28,721 nucleotides of DNA from Candidatus Undinarchaeales archaeon (lineage in GTDB: Archaea; SpSt-1190; JASMDC01), in contig JASMDC010000031.1 of the NCBI GenBank assembly GCA_030753015.1, positions 13,843-42,563 on the forward strand, in the 5' to 3' direction. Shown here in pieces: positions 1 to 8,960 of this stretch. The number at the start of each line of letters is the position of its first letter. Position 1 is the first letter of the stretch. The notes under the pieces are model-generated. The model saw only the letters and a program-made list of their open reading frames with translations, had not been told where the DNA came from and did not search any database. A program made the position numbers and the translations under genes.

Positions 1-701
1 TCTCGCCAGTGAGACCAGGCAGTGAACCCCGTGTTCAGGCCGATGTTTACATCATAGAGTCTTACACCGAACTCTTTTTCAAGGTCCTCCCCTACACCAA
101 GCAGCCGACCTTGTCCAAAAAGGTATACCAATTCATCATTGAGGTGCTCTCCGTTTTCATCGAAATACAGTACATCGATGATGTGACCCGTATTTGTACG
201 GTTTCTCTGTTCGAGGGTGAAGACGGTCTTTTCCGCTGCATCCTCGGAAACCCTCTGGTTGTACCATTCATTACCGATCTTAAAACGGTTGTATTCGGAT
301 AGCCTAGGATGCTCCGCAGAGGTGATATAGAAGTACTCGGATCGCGGTATATAGGTGAATCGTGTTGGAGGCTTGAGCTTCCCATATACCCATCGCTTGA
401 CGTCCGCTTTATCATCCGTACCGGAAGTATTCACCATTGGGGTCATTACCGTAATGGTATGCTTGCCCGGTTCAACGTCCAGATTTATCAATCCGGGCAC
501 GGTCTTTTTTTCCTCGGTAACTAATGTGTTGTACTCACTGACATACTTCACATAATCATCATCAACCTTGACGACGACCTTGATATCGTTGAATTCTCCG
601 AACCTATCCCCGGCATAGCTCCATATTTGAATTGGAATTGTGACCCCAAGACCTAAGGATAGGATCACTAGCAGTACCGTAAAAAGGTGCAAGTACCGCA
701 T
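1..701 (-). CDS. Secreted/surface protein with signal peptide, partial (runs off left edge)
   Basis: Not in ORF track because no stop lies in the window. Manual translation from ATG 701: MRYLHLFTVLLVILSLGLGVTIPIQIWSYAGD...LDVEPGKHTITV..., open to the edge (about 233 codons). Hydrophobic N-terminus, PEGA/Ig-like 'PGxHTITV' strand, TATA-like element 25-30 nt upstream. Confidence 0.8.
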   Translation of the reverse strand, partial: MRYLHLFTVLLVILSLGLGVTIPIQIWSYAGDRFGEFNDIKVVVKVDDDYVKYVSEYNTLVTEEKKTVPGLINLDVEPGKHTITVMTPMVNTSGTDDKADVKRWVYGKLKPPTRFTYIPRSEYFYITSAEHPRLSEYNRFKIGNEWYNQRVSEDAAEKTVFTLEQRNRTNTGHIIDVLYFDENGEHLNDELVYLFGQGRLLGVGEDLEKEFGVRLYDVNIGLNTGFTAWSHWR

Positions 702-724
702 ACTATAGAGGAGTACGGACAAGG

Positions 725-731
725 ATATAAA
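725..731. promoter_or_regulatory. TATA box of divergent promoter
   Basis: ATATAAA (TTTATAT on minus) about 23-30 nt from both ATG 701 (-) and ATG 754 (+). Confidence 0.6.
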
Positions 732-753
732 TGTGACTACGGACATCGACCCT

Positions 754-2106
754 ATGGCCTTTTTCGGAACGGCGGGCATACGCGGCCCACTCTCCAAGGT
801 ATCCCCCGAGCTGTGCATGAACGTGGGAATGGCTCTCGCCACATACCTCGGCAACGATGGTAAGGTAGTAGTGGCCCGGGACGGACGCGTGACAGGTCAG
901 ATGCTCTTCCATGCTCTAACCTCCGGTATCATGGCCGGAGGGATCGATGTGCTCGATGCGGGTTGTCTTCCGACGCCCCTGTTAGCCTTTGCGTCCTATA
1001 ACTATGTTGTCGATGGCAGCGTGATGCTCACTGCGTCCCACAATCCTGCCTCGGATAACGGCATCAAGCTGTTCACCTCCGAGGGAAGCGAGTTCGACCT
1101 AACTGCTGAGAAGCAGATCGAGGGGCTTGTGGGTGACGCAAGCTTCAACCTCGCTCGGTGGGACGAAATAGGTATGCTCAGAACTCTGGACACGGTGATC
1201 GAGGAGTATATCGACTACCTCCTCGGCTTCGTGGAGATGGAACGCGAGCTGCGGGTTGTAGTGGATTGCGCCAATGGTGTGGGCGCACTCGTGGCCCCAC
1301 GTGTACTCCGCCGCATGGGGTGCAAGGTCATTACCACCAACTCCCAATTGGACGGCTTCTTCCCGGGACGACCTGCGGAACCTACCCCCGAGAACATACG
1401 CGAATTCACCCGGGTAGTACGCTCTACGGGAGCGGACATTGGATTTGCATTGGACGGTGACGCAGACCGGGTTGCTGTTGTCGATGGTGACGGAACGATC
1501 GTCCAGGACGATGCTCTCATAAATCTCTTCGCCCGTCTTGCCGTGGAAGAGAAAGGGAGCGGTACAGTAGTGACCTCTATCAACACATCACGGGCCATCC
1601 AGGAGACCGTGGAGACAGCAGGCGGCAGCCTCAAACGTGTGCGCCTCGGTGCGCTCCATGAAGGTATCCGGGAGACCGGTGCCGTGTTCGGTGCGGAGCC
1701 CTGGAAACTTATATTCCCCGAGTTCGGTGGGTGGATCGATGGAATATTCTGCGCTGCACGCATAGCTTCCCTGGTGAGCCATGAAGGTACGCTTGCGGAC
1801 CTCGTGCCACCGGTCCCCGCCTACCCGCTGATCCGCAAGAACGTGTATGTCACACCCGGGACGCAGCCACAGATAATGTCCCATGTTCACGAACGTATGC
1901 TAACATCCTTCTCCGATGTGGAGAGCATGCTGGATATCGATGGATTGAGGCTGGACACATCTGACGGATGGTTGTTGGTCCGCGCCTCAGGGACCGAGCC
2001 CAAGATCCGAGTGGTTGCCGAAGGGCGGACCGACCGCATCGCAAACGACTACTTCACCAAGGGAATGGGTTTCGTCGAGGAAGCGCTCGCCAAGATTGAT
2101 AAGTAG
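754..2106 (+). CDS. Alpha-D-phosphohexomutase superfamily enzyme, probably Thermococcales-type phosphopentomutase (otherwise PMM/PGM/GlmM)
   Basis: FGTAGIRG, catalytic TASHNP, metal loop DGDADR, phosphate loop RASGTEPK. Sugar loop GAEPWK instead of GExSGH. Start moved from GTG 733 to ATG 754 on TATA spacing. Confidence 0.9.
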   Translation: MAFFGTAGIRGPLSKVSPELCMNVGMALATYLGNDGKVVVARDGRVTGQMLFHALTSGIMAGGIDVLDAGCLPTPLLAFASYNYVVDGSVMLTASHNPASDNGIKLFTSEGSEFDLTAEKQIEGLVGDASFNLARWDEIGMLRTLDTVIEEYIDYLLGFVEMERELRVVVDCANGVGALVAPRVLRRMGCKVITTNSQLDGFFPGRPAEPTPENIREFTRVVRSTGADIGFALDGDADRVAVVDGDGTIVQDDALINLFARLAVEEKGSGTVVTSINTSRAIQETVETAGGSLKRVRLGALHEGIRETGAVFGAEPWKLIFPEFGGWIDGIFCAARIASLVSHEGTLADLVPPVPAYPLIRKNVYVTPGTQPQIMSHVHERMLTSFSDVESMLDIDGLRLDTSDGWLLVRASGTEPKIRVVAEGRTDRIANDYFTKGMGFVEEALAKIDK

Positions 2107-2119
2107 CTGGCCCCGATAG

Positions 2120-2128
2120 TTATATATT
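2120..2128 (+). promoter_or_regulatory. TATA box
   Basis: TTATATATT about 29 nt upstream of ATG 2157. Confidence 0.55.
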
Positions 2129-2156
2129 GATTGACGGGTGTCAGTCCCTTGAGCAG

Positions 2157-5018
2157 ATGGTGGAGCGGACGGGGTCGATTGTCGGGGCACTAGTGCTCAC
2201 TCTATTCATTGCCTTCGCACCCGGTCTGGGTGAAAAGATAGTGGAAGGTGAGGGGACCGTCACACTCGATATTGACTTTCGCTCCACCGAGGATATCATC
2301 GTTAAAGATAGTGCCACCCTGATTCTCCGGGACATGGAGCTTGACATGAACCAGGCCTATGATGACGAATTAATCATCAGGGTTGAGGAGCAAGGGAAAC
2401 TCATCCTCTCGAACGTTCAGATTAGCTCGAACAAGCACATCGTGCTCAGTGTGTTGGAAGGGGGGTCCCTCGAGGCCACTAACAGCACGATAATCGTCGA
2501 CGAACTCCTGACCGATACGACCGGAACCATAGCATTCACCGACTCGAGTGCACTGGGTTTCCTTACGCTGAAGGCAGATCGGGTAACGATGCTCCGTAGT
2601 CGGATACTCGCTCAACGGCTCGATATCCAAGCCATGAGTGAGGCAAAGATCGATGGCTGCCCGGATATTCAGAACCTTCACACACTTGACGCCCCATATT
2701 TCAAGATTATAGACTCGGTGATCGTGAGCCAAGAGACGCTCGAGCTCAAGGGCACATCGACGAGCTCTGTGGTATCCAATCTTACAGCCACAGCCCCGGA
2801 GATCCGTATATCGTCGGGATTCGAACTTGAAGTGCGCGACTCTTGGTTGAGTGCCAAGGAGCCCGAAGGATTGACCCTCATCCATCTCATAGCACCGACA
2901 CTCCTGGTTTCCACTTCAAAGATGGAGGTCGCCGAAGGTCATCGGGCCGGCATCCTTCTGCGTGGGACTAATGTTGACGCCAGGAACCTCACAGTAACGG
3001 GAAGCTGTGACGTGGGCTGTGCCAACATCACGCTTGAGATCAAGGGCAAGACGCTCATCCTCCACTCGATCATGGCCAACCTCAAGGGGGGCTCGGCCCC
3101 TGATGGCACTGGTGGGCATGGCGCGAACGCCACCATCATCATCGCAAGTGACCGTATGACCGCTGCAGACCTCACCTTCACTCTCATTGGGGGATACGGA
3201 GGCGATGGACGGTTCATTGGTGGGAACGGTGGTAATGCCACCGCTTTGTTCCTCAGTGATGAGACATCCGTGGACCGCGGACTTGTCTCGCTTAACGGTA
3301 GTGAGGGGGGTGACGGGGGATTCGATCCCGGTGTGGAACTCCGGCTTGGAGGCAATGGTGGACACTCGTCAATGATGGTGCGAGCCAAGACTGCGACCCT
3401 TAGAGACATGACCTATAATGGCCTGGGCGGCTTCCCCGGGGACGCTGGGAAAGGGCCAGGATTATGTGGTGATGATATCATTACAATCGAAGCGGACAAG
3501 GTCACGGTCATCGGTACGGTCATGAACAGTAATGGTGGTGAGGGACGAGAACCTAACTACCAACGTAAGGACAGTCACGGATGTGATGGGCGGGTGACTC
3601 TCACGGGGAGGACACTTGTGATCGAGCACGACACGTTCCGGGCCACTGGCGGCGACTGTGCCCCGTCCACCGAGTGGGCCGCTGTAGGCGGGAACGGCCT
3701 CGTGACCGTCACAGGTGAGCAGGTGAACATAATGGACTTCACGGTCCGAGCGAACGGGGGCTCGGGTGGCATCGGGAAGGAGCATCCATCGTTCCGGACT
3801 TCTGGATGGGCGAACCTGACGCTAGAAGGCTCTACCGAGCTCTCTGTACTCGACTTCGACATTACAGCTGATGCCAGAATTGAGTCAAAGGCCGGCACAC
3901 TTCGCGATCTGACGTTGAAGGGCACACCCCTCATCGGCGGTACCCTCTCACTTATCAATCCCCGCCTCAACGACGCCCGGTCACCTCTTCTAGATGCGGT
4001 TCAATTCCCATCCAATGACCGCTATCTCCTCAAACTTGATGTCACGTACTACCTTGACGTCACAGTCAAGGATAAGGAAGGGAAGGCCTTCCCGGGAGCG
4101 CGCGTTGCACTCTACGAGCCCCTCGGCAGCGAACCTGTCTATGTCGCACACTCGGATAGCGATGGTCATACGCGAATCGAGGCTCAAGCGGAGCAGATTA
4201 CGCGGAGCAAGGATAATTTCCAAGGCAACTTCCGAGTAGTGGCGACCGCCTTGGGTGCGAAGGCCGAGAAGGGGCTCATCCTAGATACATCGAAGGCTTT
4301 GACGCTCACTCTTGACGCCGTCTATCAGCCCGAGCCGACGGTCCCGGTCGAGCCGGGTCCTGACGAGAACGTGACCGGCGGGACGCCCGGTACCACACCG
4401 GTTCCCGAGTTGGTAGTTCCTACGCCCTTCCCCACACCAACACCCCATCCCGTGACTGCTATCCGGGCGACGCCACCGCCCGATCCCGCCGACATGGCCG
4501 CAAGAGCCCGGGCACTTGTCAAAACCCAGCCGTTCAGAGCACTGGTAATGGCGGACGAGGCCCTAGCGGTCGATCCTTCCAACAAGCGGGCCCGACTTCA
4601 ACGAGCCACGGCTCTCGAAGCGCTGGACCGGTACAAAGAATCGCAACTGATGTACGAGCTTGTGCTCATCGATGATCCCGGCGACGCGGAAATACGTGCT
4701 CGTGTCGACGAGGTCAAAGTGAAAGCCGAGGAGATTGCAGCCAAAGCCGCGACCGGAGATGCAACGGAGACGACAACTGGTGACCTCACTTGGACCATCA
4801 TCAAGGTCCTTGTGGGCCTGCTGGTCGTAGTGTTCATCATCGGTGTTGCGATGGTAATCATGTCGAATCCCGCCCAACAGGACCGTGAGACGGAGGCTAT
4901 CCGCTCTTTCACCCTCCAATGGACACAGCAGGGGTACACTCCCGACCAGGTCCGTGAGTACTTACTTGGTATGGGATACCCGTCTGAGAAGATCGAGGCC
5001 GTAATGATCGGAAAGTAA
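2157..5018 (+). CDS. Large membrane-anchored surface protein (signal peptide, Gly-rich beta-solenoid-like repeats, Ig/carboxypeptidase-regulatory-like domain, Pro/Thr linker, TPR-like repeats, C-terminal TM, short cytoplasmic domain)
   Basis: Hydrophobic N-terminus IVGALVLTLFIAFA; repeated GGxGGxG...GGNGG; VTVKDKEGKAFPGARV; PTPFPTPTP; ADEALAVDPSN and VLIDDPGD; TM IIKVLVGLLVVVFIIGVAMVIM. Confidence 0.8.
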   Translation: MVERTGSIVGALVLTLFIAFAPGLGEKIVEGEGTVTLDIDFRSTEDIIVKDSATLILRDMELDMNQAYDDELIIRVEEQGKLILSNVQISSNKHIVLSVLEGGSLEATNSTIIVDELLTDTTGTIAFTDSSALGFLTLKADRVTMLRSRILAQRLDIQAMSEAKIDGCPDIQNLHTLDAPYFKIIDSVIVSQETLELKGTSTSSVVSNLTATAPEIRISSGFELEVRDSWLSAKEPEGLTLIHLIAPTLLVSTSKMEVAEGHRAGILLRGTNVDARNLTVTGSCDVGCANITLEIKGKTLILHSIMANLKGGSAPDGTGGHGANATIIIASDRMTAADLTFTLIGGYGGDGRFIGGNGGNATALFLSDETSVDRGLVSLNGSEGGDGGFDPGVELRLGGNGGHSSMMVRAKTATLRDMTYNGLGGFPGDAGKGPGLCGDDIITIEADKVTVIGTVMNSNGGEGREPNYQRKDSHGCDGRVTLTGRTLVIEHDTFRATGGDCAPSTEWAAVGGNGLVTVTGEQVNIMDFTVRANGGSGGIGKEHPSFRTSGWANLTLEGSTELSVLDFDITADARIESKAGTLRDLTLKGTPLIGGTLSLINPRLNDARSPLLDAVQFPSNDRYLLKLDVTYYLDVTVKDKEGKAFPGARVALYEPLGSEPVYVAHSDSDGHTRIEAQAEQITRSKDNFQGNFRVVATALGAKAEKGLILDTSKALTLTLDAVYQPEPTVPVEPGPDENVTGGTPGTTPVPELVVPTPFPTPTPHPVTAIRATPPPDPADMAARARALVKTQPFRALVMADEALAVDPSNKRARLQRATALEALDRYKESQLMYELVLIDDPGDAEIRARVDEVKVKAEEIAAKAATGDATETTTGDLTWTIIKVLVGLLVVVFIIGVAMVIMSNPAQQDRETEAIRSFTLQWTQQGYTPDQVREYLLGMGYPSEKIEAVMIGK

Positions 5019-5037
5019 GACTGCACCTCGAAATTGC

Positions 5038-6456
5038 TTAGCTTCCGACCACATCGTACACGTCTATATCGTCCCCCTCGCGAACAGCGGCGAGCTCACG
5101 GGTGATTCCTTCATTGTTCTCAAGATTGACACTACCGCTATCAAGGTCGAGGCCGACCTGAACCCATTTGTCCCCGGAGACTAGTCTGAATCCGTCCTCT
5201 CTCATCACGACTTCGGCATCCGTCACCCAGTCGGCGTTGAACGTTTCCTTGATATAGTTACGAATGGGTGCATAGCCTTGTTTGGCTAAGGACCCCCAGG
5301 AGAATAGGAATGTCTTAGAGAGGGCGTCGAGTGTGACCTTTTCGGTCATCTGCTCGAAGTTCACCCTCCCGCGCCAAGCAAGGCACGGCGCATCCAGCCG
5401 TGCGCTGTGGAGGAGGACGCGCGCTCTTAGCCAGGGGATGAACATGAGCCCCTGAGTGAGCGTTTCAGGGACCACATAGGTAATGGTCTCACCGGGAGGG
5501 AGGCTCTGGGGAAGGCAGTCGGGGCACGCGGTTAGACGACCACAGGCGCCCCTTCGTGTGCGCACTCCTAAGGACGATGTCTTCGGAACGATACGGCCCA
5601 GGAGCGAGTCGATCACAACGAATGGTTCGAGGAGCGTTTCGCGAGAAATGTGGTCACTACCTGTGTTCCTCAGGGTGATGACAAGGGCCGGGCGTTCAAG
5701 GCGGCATGCTCTGGCAGAAGCATCCGATGCTAAGCTCATAGAATCGCAGGTCACTGCTATAGTGGTGTCAGGGGAGCCCTCGGACGCGGAGAGATCCCAT
5801 ACCACAAGGCAGAGCCCGACACTGACCATCGCGATCAATACCGTCACCGCAATGGCCATACGCCCAAATCCCCCCTCAGTTTCATCGATGTCCACGGATA
5901 TTTGCTCACCTTCTCCCTCGACGAAGTCGCGTAAGAGGTACTCGCTGGACGGTGCGATCTCACCACGTCCCCGGGCCCATATCGCAGCGAGGACGACGAG
6001 CCCGCCAAGTACGAGTCCGATGACGATCTGCCAACGGCCGATACCGGACGATGAGGGTGCCAAGGCCACAGGCTTCGACCTGAGTGGACAGACATCTGGC
6101 CAGGTGATGACCATCTGGGCCGATGATGGTGTGGCTGCACACTCATCACACCTCTCGATGTTCAACGTCCCAAGCGGGTGTGCCCACGAGAAGGGCTTGG
6201 CACTTTTCCCATAGGGCACGAGCAGAGTCGTACCGACATCCTTGCTTAGTGTATCGACCAAGATGAGTGAGGCCGCGTGTCCGCCCGTGATCTGATCACG
6301 GGTAACGCTCGCCAGGGTCAGCGTCATGTCGCAGAAACGGCGGCGCGTACCGGTCGTGAACATGACGCGCTTCTCTTGGGCAATTACAGTCGTGATGAGT
6401 ATGAGGAGAGTGAGAATGATGGTCGCTACGCACCACCTCGTCCTGGAACGTGTCAT
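5038..6456 (-). CDS. Multi-domain membrane protein, unknown function (possibly two fused genes)
   Basis: Start set to ATG 6456, 5 nt after the upstream TGA and preceded by GAGGA. N-terminal hydrophobic segment, two internal TM helices, Ig/CARDB-like LVITLRNTGS...LPPGETITYVV, then an acidic 103-aa tail from Met 5349. Confidence 0.65.
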   Translation of the reverse strand: MTRSRTRWCVATIILTLLILITTVIAQEKRVMFTTGTRRRFCDMTLTLASVTRDQITGGHAASLILVDTLSKDVGTTLLVPYGKSAKPFSWAHPLGTLNIERCDECAATPSSAQMVITWPDVCPLRSKPVALAPSSSGIGRWQIVIGLVLGGLVVLAAIWARGRGEIAPSSEYLLRDFVEGEGEQISVDIDETEGGFGRMAIAVTVLIAMVSVGLCLVVWDLSASEGSPDTTIAVTCDSMSLASDASARACRLERPALVITLRNTGSDHISRETLLEPFVVIDSLLGRIVPKTSSLGVRTRRGACGRLTACPDCLPQSLPPGETITYVVPETLTQGLMFIPWLRARVLLHSARLDAPCLAWRGRVNFEQMTEKVTLDALSKTFLFSWGSLAKQGYAPIRNYIKETFNADWVTDAEVVMREDGFRLVSGDKWVQVGLDLDSGSVNLENNEGITRELAAVREGDDIDVYDVVGS

Positions 6457-6461
6457 TCCTC

Positions 6462-8687
6462 TCAGCACCAACGGTCCCGGATGGTCCCGTCGAGCACATC
6501 GCAGGCAGCGAGATCTCCCACGACTTCTGACAGGCACCAAGCTCGGGACTCGCCGGCCAGGCTGTCGCACAGCTCATGGTTGCCAATGGTTGTGGCGAGG
6601 TAGAGGACACATGCGTCCCTGGTAGAGTTGGTAGCGATGAACGCGCACACGTCCGCATCTGCTCTGGCCTGGGCGCAGTGGTAGAGGCAAAGGTCCTGTG
6701 CCCATTCAACTGTGAGGGCGGTGCAGGGCTCGGTGCACTCCTCGTTCGCAAGGGCCTTGCACCAGTTCAGCTCAAGTGTCGTGGGGATATCGTCACAGAT
6801 GCTCGGATCATCGAACGCTCGGGCGATGAGGGCTATGCACCGTTGGCGCGGGAAGCGGGCCTCGATCTCACGACACTGCTCCGCATTCCGGGTCTGGACA
6901 GCGAACAATGATGTGCATTCGCCCCGGAGACGGGTATTGACGATGTCATTACAGGGGAACACGCTCCGGGATGCTTCCGCGACCCTCGCTAGACAGTCGT
7001 CCCGGAGGGCGGCCAGGCCAATCTCCTTACACACGGTGTCGTCCTTTGTGTACACGGCGAGGTCATGCATGCAGCGGTCGCGGACCATGACCAGCTCGAT
7101 GCTGGAACAGTCTGCCTGCTCCCCTCGCGCGCTGACGGACAGGACGCACGCAGCCATGCACTGTGAGCGCATCCACGGCAGCGATAGGTGGTCTGAGAGG
7201 CAACGCTCGCATGAGCCGGAGGAAACGGCCTGGCACCATGTGCGTGAGCTCCCCTCGGGGAGCGCGTCGCACAAGGCGGGCTCAACAGCCGCTGCAGCGA
7301 CGGCTAGGATACATGTCGTCCACATGTTTGACGAATCGATCGCGGAGCACACCTCAGGTTCAATGCGACGTCCGGCCAGATGGACTGTGCATGCTCCGGT
7401 GACATTCTTTGTGACTATGTCCGAGGGGCAGGCAGTTACGTTCTTCCCACTCCTCACCCCGGCCAGTACGCACTGTTCCCTGAGCGTGAGCGGATGCTCG
7501 TTGGCAATCGGCCCGCAGAGGACCAGAGGGGCAATCCCCGGGAGAGCCTGAGAGGCGCAGGCCTCGCGCTCGGGGCCCTTGGGAAGAACGTCACACACCG
7601 ACGGATCGCTTGTGGCCGCTGCTACTGCATGGACACACAGTCCTTTCGTAGCCTCCCCGAGCTGATTAACACAAATGTCGACATCGCCTGTCGCGAGTGC
7701 GACACGGATGAGGCAGGATTCGCGAGTCGTTTTGTCGGCCATGTTCGAACATGCATCAACCGCAGGAATATACGGTACGAATGCCTCGAGGCAGCGGTCA
7801 TTGGACCGGGGATTCTGGACATTGGTGCACGCAGTCGCGTCCCATCCTCGGATCCCGATCCCTAAATAGCACTCGTCCGCGATGGCAGGATCGGCGATCA
7901 GAGCGCAAAGGGAGATGTCCGCTGTAGCGATCGCTATCGGTGAGAGGCAGGAGTCCTTGGCGAAGCTGCTGAGGATGGGATCGCAGATCGAGGGATCATT
8001 ACGCTCTATGGCGACGGACCGGTAGCACCAGTCACGGTCCTTCTCCGCAGGGATGAGCTCGCACAGTGCCATATCTACCAGAGAGCGGGCCACTGCAGCG
8101 ATACATGTGCCCTTCACCTCATCAGTAGCGATCTGTTCGCAATAGGTACTATTACCAGAGCGCTCGGCCAGCGAGGAGAAGCAGTCGTCCCGCAGCCCAC
8201 CCGCGTCCAGCGCTGTGCACAGACCCTCGGTCCGTTGCTCCGGGAATCTGGCCAGACATGCGTTCCTGACGCCCGCGTCCTCGATCCACCGGCATCCGTC
8301 AGCGTCGTCGATCGTCGCAGCGAGGTCCCGGTAGCAGGAGCGTCGGAGTGGTTGGGCGTCGGTGTCGGTACGAACTCGCGCGCATAGCGTCATGTCGCCC
8401 TTCTCCTTCGCGGTCGCCACCACACACTTGTCCCGGGAAATGTGGACAACGCACCGTTCGCACACGCTCACGTCACCGAACGCTGGCACCGTTGCGATGT
8501 AGCACGAGTCGTGGAGCCCGGAATCGGTGATGGCCGCGCACAGGCCCGGATCGTTACTACTCAGAGCATTGTTCTTGATATCCTGCGCCTCGTCCACTGA
8601 CTGCCCCCCGATGCATCCTGCAAGGAGCAGTGCGATGATGAGCAGCGACGGTAGCGTGCCGTCGCCCAGACCATTCTTCCTTCCCAT
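6462..8687 (-). CDS. Lipoprotein made of about 27 Cys-pair repeats (about 26 aa each)
   Basis: Start ATG 8687, lipobox LLLAG-C. Unit approximately DxxxCxx[IL]xxxxxRDxCxxxxA (C-x11-C-x13) through to the C-terminus. TTTTATC at 8715-8721 upstream on minus. Confidence 0.85.
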   Translation of the reverse strand: MGRKNGLGDGTLPSLLIIALLLAGCIGGQSVDEAQDIKNNALSSNDPGLCAAITDSGLHDSCYIATVPAFGDVSVCERCVVHISRDKCVVATAKEKGDMTLCARVRTDTDAQPLRRSCYRDLAATIDDADGCRWIEDAGVRNACLARFPEQRTEGLCTALDAGGLRDDCFSSLAERSGNSTYCEQIATDEVKGTCIAAVARSLVDMALCELIPAEKDRDWCYRSVAIERNDPSICDPILSSFAKDSCLSPIAIATADISLCALIADPAIADECYLGIGIRGWDATACTNVQNPRSNDRCLEAFVPYIPAVDACSNMADKTTRESCLIRVALATGDVDICVNQLGEATKGLCVHAVAAATSDPSVCDVLPKGPEREACASQALPGIAPLVLCGPIANEHPLTLREQCVLAGVRSGKNVTACPSDIVTKNVTGACTVHLAGRRIEPEVCSAIDSSNMWTTCILAVAAAAVEPALCDALPEGSSRTWCQAVSSGSCERCLSDHLSLPWMRSQCMAACVLSVSARGEQADCSSIELVMVRDRCMHDLAVYTKDDTVCKEIGLAALRDDCLARVAEASRSVFPCNDIVNTRLRGECTSLFAVQTRNAEQCREIEARFPRQRCIALIARAFDDPSICDDIPTTLELNWCKALANEECTEPCTALTVEWAQDLCLYHCAQARADADVCAFIATNSTRDACVLYLATTIGNHELCDSLAGESRAWCLSEVVGDLAACDVLDGTIRDRWC

Positions 8688-8750
8688 GTTGCGGGAACGA
8701 ACACGGCTAACCTTGATAAAACCTTGGTCGAGGATCCGGTGTCCGAACCC

Positions 8751-8758
8751 TATATAAG
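8751..8758 (+). promoter_or_regulatory. TATA box
   Basis: TATATAAG about 29 nt upstream of ATG 8787. Confidence 0.55.
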
Positions 8759-8786
8759 GTTGGGCGGAGATGAAGGAGCAGATCCC

Positions 8787-8945
8787 ATGGAGAAGCTGAA
8801 GCGGAGCCTGTTCTCTTGTGAGGGTTGCGATGAGCGAGGATGGAAGAACGACACCAGCAAGCGGCTCCACGAGCAGATAGGATGCGATGCCTGCAGGCCA
8901 CGTCTCAATCTCTCGAAGCTCGGCCCGACAGAAGAGGATGAATGA
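8787..8945 (+). CDS. 52-aa putative zinc-finger microprotein
   Basis: MEKLKRSLFSCEGCDERGWKNDTSKRLHEQIGCDACRPRLNLSKLGPTEEDE; two CxxC motifs, own TATA, upstream AAGGAG, fills the intergenic gap without overlap. Confidence 0.6.
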   Translation: MEKLKRSLFSCEGCDERGWKNDTSKRLHEQIGCDACRPRLNLSKLGPTEEDE

Positions 8946-8960
8946 TCACATCGAGCAGGT

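Noticed and set aside
9-555. Short track ORFs 9-302, 92-415, 309-524, 355-555
   Set aside because: Shadows of the longer minus-strand gene starting at 701.
6462-6464. UGA after the final Cys repeat as selenocysteine/readthrough
   Set aside because: Next gene starts 5 nt later in another frame with an SD-like site, so an ordinary stop.
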